DNA of 64,000 nucleotides, taken from NCBI GenBank assembly GCA_965227295.1, contig OZ245742.1, positions 4,832,001-4,896,000 of the forward strand, read 5' to 3'. The DNA comes from Leptonemataceae bacterium (GTDB taxonomy: Bacteria; Spirochaetota; Leptospiria; Leptospirales; Leptonemataceae). A program made the position numbers and the translations under genes. The notes under the pieces were generated by a model. It was not told the origin of the DNA, searched no databases, and worked only from the letters and a program-made list of their open reading frames with translations. Positions 57,401 through 64,000 of the stretch are shown here, piece after piece (the stretch's first letter is position 1; each line of letters starts with the position of its first letter).

Positions 57401-60400
57401 GTAACCAGCGCAATGGATTCGCCCGAGGGCGGCGCGGGTCATGCGAAAATCGTCCACCTTGCGGCGCAGGGTCGGCACAGCGAGGCCGTCGAATCCGCCT
57501 TCCTGCAAGGTCTGCTCAATGGGCACGGTCAGTACGTTATGCGGCCCGATTTCGATAAAAAGATCCGACTCCTCCTCTGCCAGGGTCCGAATCGCCGGAG
57601 CAAAAGAAACAGCCTCGCGCATATTGCGCGGCCAGTAAGCGGCTCCAAAGTCGCCGGTAGCCGCAGCTTCGCCCGTCACCGTGGATACGATCGGCAGCAG
57701 GGGCTCGCTGACGGGCAGACCGCGCAGGGCTTCCTGTAACTCTTCTTTGAAAGATTCCATCTGCGGGCTGTGAAAGGCGTAGTTTACCGGGAGCATCATC
57801 TTGAACACTCCTTCGGGCAGACCGTCCACGACCGCCTGAACCGCTTCTTCTTCGCCGGAGAACACGACGGAGTTCGGGCTGTTGTGCGCGCCAACCGCGA
57901 TGCGATCTTCCTTGCCGGCGATCCGCCGTCGGGCTTCCTCCAGAGGAATTCCCGCTGCCGCCATACGGCCGAGCCCCGTAGCCTTTTGCATGACGCGCGA
58001 ACGATGGTAGATGACCCGCACCGCATCAGCCAGAGCCAGGACACCGGCAGCATGAGCGGCAGCAACCTCGCCGACACTGTGGCCGACCAGGGCATGCGGA
58101 CGCACGCCGTAATGCGCCAGGGTTTCTACGAGGCCGACCTGCAGGGCGAAGATGGCCGGCTGCGCTACCTCTGTTTCGCTCAGGCGCGACTCTTCGGCCG
58201 GGCGACGCAGTTCGTCAATGATGGACCAGCCTGTATGTTCGCGCAAGAGGCGGTCGATCTCTTCTACTTTCGCGCGAAAGACCGGCTCTTGTTCCAGCAA
58301 CGCCGTCCCCATGCCCGGCCACTGCGAACCCTGACCGGAGAAAGCGAAGACAACACGATGTTTGCCCGGTCGGACTTCGCCGCGGCTCACATACGGACTG
58401 GATGCTCCTTCCAGGGCTTCGGCAAGGTGCTCGCTGAGTTCATCGCCGGAATTACCAACGATGGTCATGCGAAACTGTTTCGGATCGCGCTTACGGGCGG
58501 CCGTGCAGCAGAGTTCCTCGAACGCGGCGGCATCGTTGCGGCCCTGCAACCACTGGCGATACAGTGCTGCCTGCTTGTTCAGAGCTTTTGCATCCGGGGC
58601 GCTGAGGGCCAGAATACGCGGCACATCGGACTTGCCGGTCTTTGCATTGGGATTGGCCACAGCCTCATCCCAGGTCATAGTGCGACCGGCGTCCTTCTTG
58701 CGTGCCGTAGATTTGCGTTCGACATTCTCGCCGACAACGGCATCACGAAAGTCCACGTCGATCCAGTACCGATCCCTCGTCCAGGCATGCAGGGGGAGAT
58801 CCACGTGTCGGGCAAATCGGGGGAACAGGCCCGCCAGCTTTACAGGAGCGCCGGCTGCATGCAGCGCAGCAAGTGCATCCATCGCAGCCGCGGTGCAATG
58901 GGAACCAGCCAGGGAGAGGCCCACAGCCACGCCTGGCTGTTCCATTTTCGCGGCCTCTTCCGCGAGGACGGACTGATGGCCAGCGTCCGGCGATAGATCA
59001 ATGAAGAGATCGTGGCCGTCTTCGACTGCCTGACGGACCGAGTCGGTGAGTTCCTCGCCAGAAAGCCTCAGCTCGGACGGAGAAATCTTACCCGCGAACG
59101 AAAAGACTCCGTCGTCGTCGCCGTGATCCCGAACGAACTGTAATGCATCGTCCGGAGATGTCCCGCTGAGCGCCAGGGCGGCCCCCGCTCCCGCGGCCCC
59201 CTGCCCCATCATCATCAGAGGTTGCACTCCGGCCTGCCGGAGCACAGCTCCCAATGCTGCCTGGAGTGCAGCCACGGCGTAACGATCCAGATCGGGGTCC
59301 CGATCCGCGGGTGCGTTAGTACAGTAATTTAGAAGAGACTTCGAGTTATTGTTCAACAACTGCTGGAGCGAGATGTCCCATGCTTCGAGGGTTTCTCGCA
59401 GCACCGGCAGGGCCGCGAGGTCTTCCTCCCGGATGCCCGGCATTCCATTCACCGTGCTCGACAGGACGAACGCGGCCTTGCGTTTCCGGCGGGGATTCAC
59501 CTCACCGCTGTGGACGCCTGCTGCTTTGCCGTTCAGGAAGTCGTCGAGCAAATCGGCGAGGCCTTCTTTTGAAGTTCCGGCAATACATACGCGATGTAAA
59601 TGCTGGTCTCGACGCAATGTCGCATTGTAGGCAATCTCGTAGAGATCGTGGTTGGTTTCGCGGAGAAAATCCCGATACCGACCGGCCATAATCCGAAGAG
59701 CCTCGGAGTTGTGCGCGGTTACCGGCAAGAAGACAACATCCTCGCGTCGGATGAAAGCATCGGGCACATCGTCGTCGTGCTCAGGTTCTTCCGGAGCATC
59801 CGAAACGATGATGTGCGCATTGGTACCGCCGAGGCCGAAGGAGCTTACTCCCGCGTAACGCGGCGTGTCGCTTTGCTTCCATTCCCGGGTCTCGGTCGGA
59901 ATGATGTACTTCGATGTATCAAGGGTGATATGCGGATTAAGGTTCTCAAAGTGCAGGTTACGCGGAATCCGATTGTTTCGCAGGGAGAGCACGGTCTTCA
60001 TGAAGCCGGCCACACCCGCCGCGGTTTCCAGGTGGCCGATGTTCGTTTTTACCGCGCCCAGGACGAGGGGCTTCTCGGCCGTACGTCCCTGACCGTAAAC
60101 GGAGGTAATCGCATCCACCTCGATCGGATCGCCGAGTTCGGTTCCTGTTCCATGAGCCTCGACATAACCCACATCTGCCGGAGCAATGCCGGCGAAGCGA
60201 GACGCGCGGGTCAGCACGTCCTTTTGAGCCTGCATGTTGGGTTGGGTCAGGCCCACGCCGCGACCGTTTTGATTTACGGCGGATCCGAGAATCACGCCGA
60301 GCACTCGATCCCGGTCTGCCAGAGCGTCGGACAGACGCTTGAGCACGACGAGTCCGCAGCCTTCACCCCGCACGAATCCGTTCGCGCGGGAATCGAAGGT

Positions 60401-61180
60401 CATGCACCGGCCGTCGGGCGACAGAGCGCGGAGCCGTGAGATTCCCAGAGTCATCATCGGAGTGAGGTGCAGGTTCACTCCGCCGGCTACAGCCATATCG
60501 CATTCGCGAACCCGTAATGCCTGGCAACCGAAATGAATCGTCGCGAGGGATGATGCGCACGAGGAATTCACCCCGACACTCGGTCCCTTTAGATCAAAGG
60601 TAAACGATAGTCTGTTCGCGCCAAAGCCCGGAGCGTCGCCCGTGCTCGTGTAAGGATCAATTAAGTCAATGTTCGCATGCGTGAGCTGACCGTAATCCCT
60701 GGCGTAGACACCGACATAGACACCGGCTCGAACCCCCGCAATGCTCTCTCTCGTGTACCCGGCATTCTGAAAGGCTTCGTAGGCAACCTCGAGCACCAGG
60801 CGTTGCTGCGGATCGAGGTTGGTCGCCTCGCGCGGATTGATGCCGAAGAAACTCGCGTCGAACTGATCGACCTGATCCAGGAATCCGCCCCAGCGCGAGT
60901 AGATACGCCCGGGCGCGTTTTGATCGGGATCGAAGTAATCGTCGAGATCGTACCGGTCCTCCGGCACCTCACGAATGGCATCCACTCCGTCCTCAAGGAG
61001 TTTCCAGTAGTCGTCCGGCGACTCCACGCCGCCGGGCAAACGACACCCCATACCGACCACGGCGATGGGCTCCCGCTCCCGGGACTCCAGGTCTTCGATG
61101 CGCGCACGCATCTTCTGCATGGCGGCCAGGGCCCGCTTTACGGGAGATATCTCTTTTGACGATCCTTTGTTATCACTCAT
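51437..61180 (-). CDS. Hybrid type I PKS-NRPS: KS-AT(degenerate)-AT-KR-ACP-C(degenerate)-A(degenerate, 2 x PilZ-like insert)-PCP
   Basis: KS SSCASSL/HGTGT/NIGHLE; AT GHSVGE/YAFHS; KR GGLTGIG/YAASN; ACP GIDSL; C-like PLSPEQ, RDPSRSPLVQ; A-like FGTFET, PIGRPI, GELYVGG, FRTG; PCP FFDLGGDSL. Confidence 0.92.
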   Translation of the reverse strand: MSDNKGSSKEISPVKRALAAMQKMRARIEDLESREREPIAVVGMGCRLPGGVESPDDYWKLLEDGVDAIREVPEDRYDLDDYFDPDQNAPGRIYSRWGGFLDQVDQFDASFFGINPREATNLDPQQRLVLEVAYEAFQNAGYTRESIAGVRAGVYVGVYARDYGQLTHANIDLIDPYTSTGDAPGFGANRLSFTFDLKGPSVGVNSSCASSLATIHFGCQALRVRECDMAVAGGVNLHLTPMMTLGISRLRALSPDGRCMTFDSRANGFVRGEGCGLVVLKRLSDALADRDRVLGVILGSAVNQNGRGVGLTQPNMQAQKDVLTRASRFAGIAPADVGYVEAHGTGTELGDPIEVDAITSVYGQGRTAEKPLVLGAVKTNIGHLETAAGVAGFMKTVLSLRNNRIPRNLHFENLNPHITLDTSKYIIPTETREWKQSDTPRYAGVSSFGLGGTNAHIIVSDAPEEPEHDDDVPDAFIRREDVVFLPVTAHNSEALRIMAGRYRDFLRETNHDLYEIAYNATLRRDQHLHRVCIAGTSKEGLADLLDDFLNGKAAGVHSGEVNPRRKRKAAFVLSSTVNGMPGIREEDLAALPVLRETLEAWDISLQQLLNNNSKSLLNYCTNAPADRDPDLDRYAVAALQAALGAVLRQAGVQPLMMMGQGAAGAGAALALSGTSPDDALQFVRDHGDDDGVFSFAGKISPSELRLSGEELTDSVRQAVEDGHDLFIDLSPDAGHQSVLAEEAAKMEQPGVAVGLSLAGSHCTAAAMDALAALHAAGAPVKLAGLFPRFARHVDLPLHAWTRDRYWIDVDFRDAVVGENVERKSTARKKDAGRTMTWDEAVANPNAKTGKSDVPRILALSAPDAKALNKQAALYRQWLQGRNDAAAFEELCCTAARKRDPKQFRMTIVGNSGDELSEHLAEALEGASSPYVSRGEVRPGKHRVVFAFSGQGSQWPGMGTALLEQEPVFRAKVEEIDRLLREHTGWSIIDELRRPAEESRLSETEVAQPAIFALQVGLVETLAHYGVRPHALVGHSVGEVAAAHAAGVLALADAVRVIYHRSRVMQKATGLGRMAAAGIPLEEARRRIAGKEDRIAVGAHNSPNSVVFSGEEEAVQAVVDGLPEGVFKMMLPVNYAFHSPQMESFKEELQEALRGLPVSEPLLPIVSTVTGEAAATGDFGAAYWPRNMREAVSFAPAIRTLAEEESDLFIEIGPHNVLTVPIEQTLQEGGFDGLAVPTLRRKVDDFRMTRAALGRIHCAGYDIRWERLLPEGRNLQLPVDDGGAEEERGPGIKDWLYETTWQSKAREGEHRAAILNWLILCDGRGVGKALATLAEAAGGRAVLVFPGEEFQKLDRDQYELNPASRDDFVGLRDDLIQVEPDTPFTMVNLWGLDPLAPEDITPETIALVHDLVLMSTTHAIQSQDAVPTDHRPRVFLVTEGAQRIGDEVPSSLIESAVWGFARAVAVEHSLIWGGLVDLEAGIDPAKAAELLFVELQSDDDEDYVALRGGDRYVARLHAITGLEPASAEVRADAGYLVTGGLTGIGLLVARWLIEKGARHLVLLGRTPLPPREDWDGDHRESVKDRIQALRHLESLGESLGGEKIEIVTAAVDTADEDSFNDFLKEYNANHPPLRGVIHSAGVLEGRSVMDLDADALHKVLRPKVNGGWVLHKCLADTELDFFVLFSSVSGAVTGLADGLANYAASNAFLDALAHYRRSLGLPATSIVWGPWADTGFAAQSDTGSRMIANLLSRGIHALSSRRGLAVLEASIVHQLAVPVAIKIDWDRFQATMKEPAASPLYRDILASRISVAPAKSSARELDSGQPFSLAVLAKTPEDQRGAMLQGYIAKNVAEIMRYPVSRLEPGRSLKEIGIDSLMGVELQSRVRRDLDYELSAGRITDGSSIAQLSIYILKNLDIPEAAGGFTFEEFPLSPEQESAYFMDRVAPGANITNVHVAYIVGAELSGNQVSSALETLTKRYEFLRTSVASKVGVAVQRIYSGAAPDFEIVDTEELSEEEILDSLIARAQEGFTVSRSPLVRVRLFPLASGSILLIAAHTVILDETAIRAFGQELLDLLAGTDSGAAAYPTPYREYAAARTVTDANLRFWKEYLQGDLPAVRLPTARSIPPLRNFRTETVGFDVPVEAFSGSAPKDELPVIVSAAAALLHRVTGLTDLPLGVYRRMSPVQPDVPLGPLTNLFVLRVGVSGDQSISVLQQNIREDLQRIEPHANVPFLQVVRELNPLRDPSRSPLVQFAFVFEEESRSLPDGLDIDVLDLDRTAGFDDIVVMIRRGDDGLRIDLRYKTELYARTTMEHFAASYAEILKSAGQAPKTSVDGLNLHAVPVSEELQAVRQREAAPEAVPHHGLLTDLEAKGVLIHELVANMARLVPGAIAAVDGEQKFTYADLDERAGQVADHLTEQGIPAGAVVAVAGDRSFAFLAAVLGILKVGGTVLPLDPEYSVARMSVFMHDADPFKLITFAEQDIRGPEDFANQRMVLELRTGQFVVAEAARGKKKASKKKAAKKKAAKTAKSVKVPANPTAFLFYRAHDQVKPLGVEVDHASFVHSLMYTIRNSPLSLGARTLLHNSVSSSVLFHEAFATLATGGTVVIAPQKSRQDMEFVKFLKDHFVERIFADQGVLRGIARVAHEQDLVPQYLREVHLVGSRISITRQLVEMLEKLGYCEVNYRFGTFETGLFAAYRLKDFRSLDWPDYPPIGRPIDDMEAYILDDQMQPAALEFVGELYVGGPGLASGYRNEKKMTGERFVKSPFSKAKDARLFRTGLLARYNASGEIQLLGSRERTAGIEGRDINLRELELAIEEHPAITQAYVTQNQELAGNGLVAYIVSDRIVDRLITTIHCHVEYGDSQRITLVTQDVSPGGLRLQGVPADWKVGMHLRITLLLPGFFDEFRVGGEVRWIEDGLAGVGFQTSPVEASLLKKSLAYLLELEQFTLAHESQMPRIPIRRRCTVEMEDGRRFEMTAGEISTTGVSILDAPVAWEKDMRMRILLSLPGIIDPLKLECWLAWRDDTNRTGFNFEPDEATLELLQEFTLHFKEHQQLSITQLRTFLQSRLPYFLIPLNFVILDSLPELPDGSVNETALRFPGSGAGALESEGTEHGKKYFETEQSFVSPRTSIEGVIQTVWIDVLQREYGEVGIYNNFFDLGGDSLTAFVVAARLSEEMDIDLPVSSVYLAPSISELGKIVLQKKAQKEKDLELNEALMALEEMSQEDLKEIVRSQLLEDEAENE

Positions 61181-61190
61181 TCAGTACTTC

Positions 61191-64000
61191 TCAGTTCTCA
61201 AACATTTCGAGTTCTTTCTCGAGCAGGGCTTCCGCATCTTCATCGGAAAGAGAGTCCAGTTCGTTTTGATCCAGAACCTTCTCTGAGGAACCGGATGCGC
61301 GACGAGCCGCAACCGGTTCTTCCGTCGTTGGGGCCGTTACTTCGCCCGCCCCGTCGAGGGGAATGCCCATCTCCGATGCCAGGTGCGGCCCCATCAGCGC
61401 GATAGTAGGGTACGCCCAGGCCAGGGTGGCCGGCAGTGTAAGACCCGTAGCCGCCTGCAGGCGGTTACGCAATTCCAGCGCCATCAACGAATCCAGTCCG
61501 AAGGAACCCAGGGGTTGATTGACGTCGACGTCTTCGGGTGACAGGCGGAGCACCTGCGCCGTAATATTCTGCAGGTAACTCAAGATCAGCGTCACACGCT
61601 CTTTGCCGTCTTCTACGGCCATCAGCTCTTCCCGCAGGTTGACGCCTTCGCCTTCGCCGGCCACTGCTTCCGCCGTGATGTTTTCCTGCTTTGAGAGTTC
61701 GTCGTAAAGCGGAGTTTCCGCGGCACTCTTGTAGTTCTGAAACCACTTCTTCAGATTCAGCGGCATCACAACGGCGCGCGCTCGGTCGGCCTTCAGCAAG
61801 AAGTCGAGGGATTTCACCCCGGCCTTCAAAGAGAGCGGCGTGAGGCCACGGGCTTCCAGGCGATCGCCGCGCACGCCTTCGGCCGCGGCCAGGCCCACCT
61901 CCGCCCAGGTCCCCCAGTTCACACTGAGACCGGGACGTCCTTCCGAACGCATGCGGTTGGCGAGTGCGTCCATAAAGGCGTTCGAAGCCGCGTAGTTACC
62001 CTGACCGACGGTTCCGAGGATCGCTGAAGCCGAAGAAAACAGGACGAAAAAGTCGAGATTCACGTCCTTTGTCTTTTCGTATAACATCCAGGCGCCGCGG
62101 ACTTTAGGAGCCATGACGCTCTCAAAGTGTTTTGCGGTCATTTGCAGGAGCGTGCTGTCATCGAGTATGCCGGCAGAGTGAATGATACCTTTCAATTCCG
62201 GCAGAGACTTCAGCTCGCCAAACATACGATCCACATCGTCCGCCTGCGCGATGTCGCCCTTCGCGATCGTAACCTTCGCGCCGAAGCTTTCGATTTCGGA
62301 AATCTGCTCGCGCACTTCGGGCTTCGGATCGCTCCGTCCCGTCAGAACGATGTGACCGCCGCCGCTTTCGGCGATCCAGCGGGCGAAGGTCAGGCCGAGG
62401 CCGCCCATCCCGCCGGTGATCAAATACGTGCCGTTCTTCTTGAGTTCATACGGTCCGCGCGCGCTCTCCTGCTGAACCTTGTGTTTTGAAACTCGAATGA
62501 GGCGAGCACACAGCCGCTCCCGCCCCCGCAGGGCCACGCGATTCTCCGAAGAACCGGAGAGGAGTTCCCCGGCGAGGATACGGGCCTCCTGGGCATCCGC
62601 GTTGCCGAGGTCCACGGCGCTGCAATGAAATTCTTCGTGTTCGTTGATGGCTACGGAAACGAGCCCCCAGACCGCCGCCTGCTCGGGATGAATCTTTTCA
62701 TCCGATTTACCGGTCGCCTGGGCGTTGCGGGTCGCAACCCACAGTCGCGGCTGAAGACTGAAGCCGGCCTGCAGAAATGCCTGCATTACATAGACCACGC
62801 TCACGGTCGTCGCCGGTCGGGCGGCCTCAATCTCGGCCACGGTAGGCGCTTCGTAGGTGTGCGGCAGACTCCAGGCATGCAGCACGCCGACCGGGGGGCC
62901 ATCCGGAAAGGCTTCAGCGACCAGCTTCGCGAAATCCTCGGGGTTGGCCGGGTTCACGGTGTAGCCGTCGCCGTTTTTCGCATAGCCGTCTCCGGCCGTT
63001 ACCGTGACAACATCGGCACCGCGCTTCTCCATCTCCCCGCGTAAGACCGCATCAAACTCGTCTCCGTTTCCGAGGACCAGCCAGGTTCCCTTCACGGCCG
63101 CGGCCTTCTTCGGATCCTCCGCAAGTGTTACGGTTTCCCAGTCAAACTCGTAAACGATGTCGCCCAGTCTTTGTTCGGAACGCAGCAGGCCTTCCACCGG
63201 CGTACGCTTAAGGTTGAAGTCCTGCGCCTCCAACAGCACACGACCTTCATCGTTGAACATTACGAGATCGCCACCGAACAGTTCCTTGTTTTCCCTCGAA
63301 CCGGTTTTCAGCTTGTAGTAACACCAGATGCCTTCCGACGGCGGAACCTCATAGAACCGCAGGTTGCCGGCACTGAACGGAACGTATAGAACGCCTTCCT
63401 CTTTGATCCATGGAACGCCACCCGGAATACCGTTACACCCGTGCTGGAAAAGCGAGTCCATGAGACCAGGATGAATTTGGTACACTTCGAGGTCCGGGAT
63501 CGATTCAGGATTCTGAACCTTCAGTTTGCACAGTGCTTCGCCGTCCCGGCGCCACACATCATCGATCCATTCGAAGGACGGACCAAGTTCGTAGCGCGCG
63601 GCAAAGAACCAATCCTGGAACTCGCGGCCGGTCAATCGTTCACTGCATCGTTCTTTAATCGCGTCCAGATCGAGGCCGAAATCGGAGATGTGCTTACGTT
63701 CATCCGTATCTTCCAGACGGTAGGTGGCCATCGCATGATGAGTCCAGTCTCCCTCCGGCCCGTCTTCCTGCGAAATGCTGTAGATGTTCACGTTCCCGGC
63801 GTGGCTGCCTTCCGCTCCCGGCTCATAGATGAGATGGGTCATGCGGGTTTCGTCGAAACCAATGACATTCGCCTGCAAAAAGGAAATGTTGTTGAGCGTC
63901 ACAGTGTCGCGCCCAAATCCTTCGCGAATTCCGCTCAACATAAAGGAGATATTGCAGGCTCCCGGAACAACGAGCGCGCCACCGATGATGTGATCTCGAT
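61191..64000 (-). CDS. Type I modular PKS, C-terminal part (DH-KR-ACP), 5' end beyond window
   Basis: DH HIIGGALVVP (read at the window edge) and HPGLMD; KR GGMGGLG, ILDD (B-type), YAASN; ACP GLDSLMALEL; acidic C-terminal docking helix. Confidence 0.93.
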   Translation of the reverse strand, partial: RDHIIGGALVVPGACNISFMLSGIREGFGRDTVTLNNISFLQANVIGFDETRMTHLIYEPGAEGSHAGNVNIYSISQEDGPEGDWTHHAMATYRLEDTDERKHISDFGLDLDAIKERCSERLTGREFQDWFFAARYELGPSFEWIDDVWRRDGEALCKLKVQNPESIPDLEVYQIHPGLMDSLFQHGCNGIPGGVPWIKEEGVLYVPFSAGNLRFYEVPPSEGIWCYYKLKTGSRENKELFGGDLVMFNDEGRVLLEAQDFNLKRTPVEGLLRSEQRLGDIVYEFDWETVTLAEDPKKAAAVKGTWLVLGNGDEFDAVLRGEMEKRGADVVTVTAGDGYAKNGDGYTVNPANPEDFAKLVAEAFPDGPPVGVLHAWSLPHTYEAPTVAEIEAARPATTVSVVYVMQAFLQAGFSLQPRLWVATRNAQATGKSDEKIHPEQAAVWGLVSVAINEHEEFHCSAVDLGNADAQEARILAGELLSGSSENRVALRGRERLCARLIRVSKHKVQQESARGPYELKKNGTYLITGGMGGLGLTFARWIAESGGGHIVLTGRSDPKPEVREQISEIESFGAKVTIAKGDIAQADDVDRMFGELKSLPELKGIIHSAGILDDSTLLQMTAKHFESVMAPKVRGAWMLYEKTKDVNLDFFVLFSSASAILGTVGQGNYAASNAFMDALANRMRSEGRPGLSVNWGTWAEVGLAAAEGVRGDRLEARGLTPLSLKAGVKSLDFLLKADRARAVVMPLNLKKWFQNYKSAAETPLYDELSKQENITAEAVAGEGEGVNLREELMAVEDGKERVTLILSYLQNITAQVLRLSPEDVDVNQPLGSFGLDSLMALELRNRLQAATGLTLPATLAWAYPTIALMGPHLASEMGIPLDGAGEVTAPTTEEPVAARRASGSSEKVLDQNELDSLSDEDAEALLEKELEMFEN

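Noticed and set aside
52601..60439. Several long plus-strand ORFs opposite the PKS-NRPS
   Set aside because: Antisense shadows expected in GC-rich coding DNA.

Overview
GC-rich bacterial DNA; a Leptospirales-like spirochaete is a weak inference from the gene style (PilZ, PP2C, STAS, class III cyclase, lipoproteins). About 1-34.6 kb holds ordinary metabolic, transport and signalling genes (ABC-F, gluQ, GDPD, arylesterase, GSTs, ABC exporter, desaturase, cyclophilin, betB, and leuA with a Leu-rich leader peptide). Its intergenic spaces carry two structured repeat families. One is a ~329-bp unit forming tandem arrays at ~9.97-10.82 kb (minus) and ~24.51-25.92 kb (plus), with G-U-rich stems, a C(UUCG)G loop and optional hairpin modules, and it runs into the 3' ends of neighbouring genes. 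The other is a ~125-bp REP-like element in four copies. About 34.6-64 kb is the distal end of a type I PKS/NRPS cluster with two thioesterases (one with Cys in place of Ser), an FAD monooxygenase, a SnoaL-like cyclase, a 1994-aa single-chain biotin-dependent carboxylase with its own BirA, a PilZ protein and a kinase-ATPase-GAF-PP2C regulator. The terminal megasynthase has a degenerate C-A didomain whose adenylation domain is interrupted by two PilZ-like domains. No rRNA, tRNA, CRISPR array or transposase was seen.
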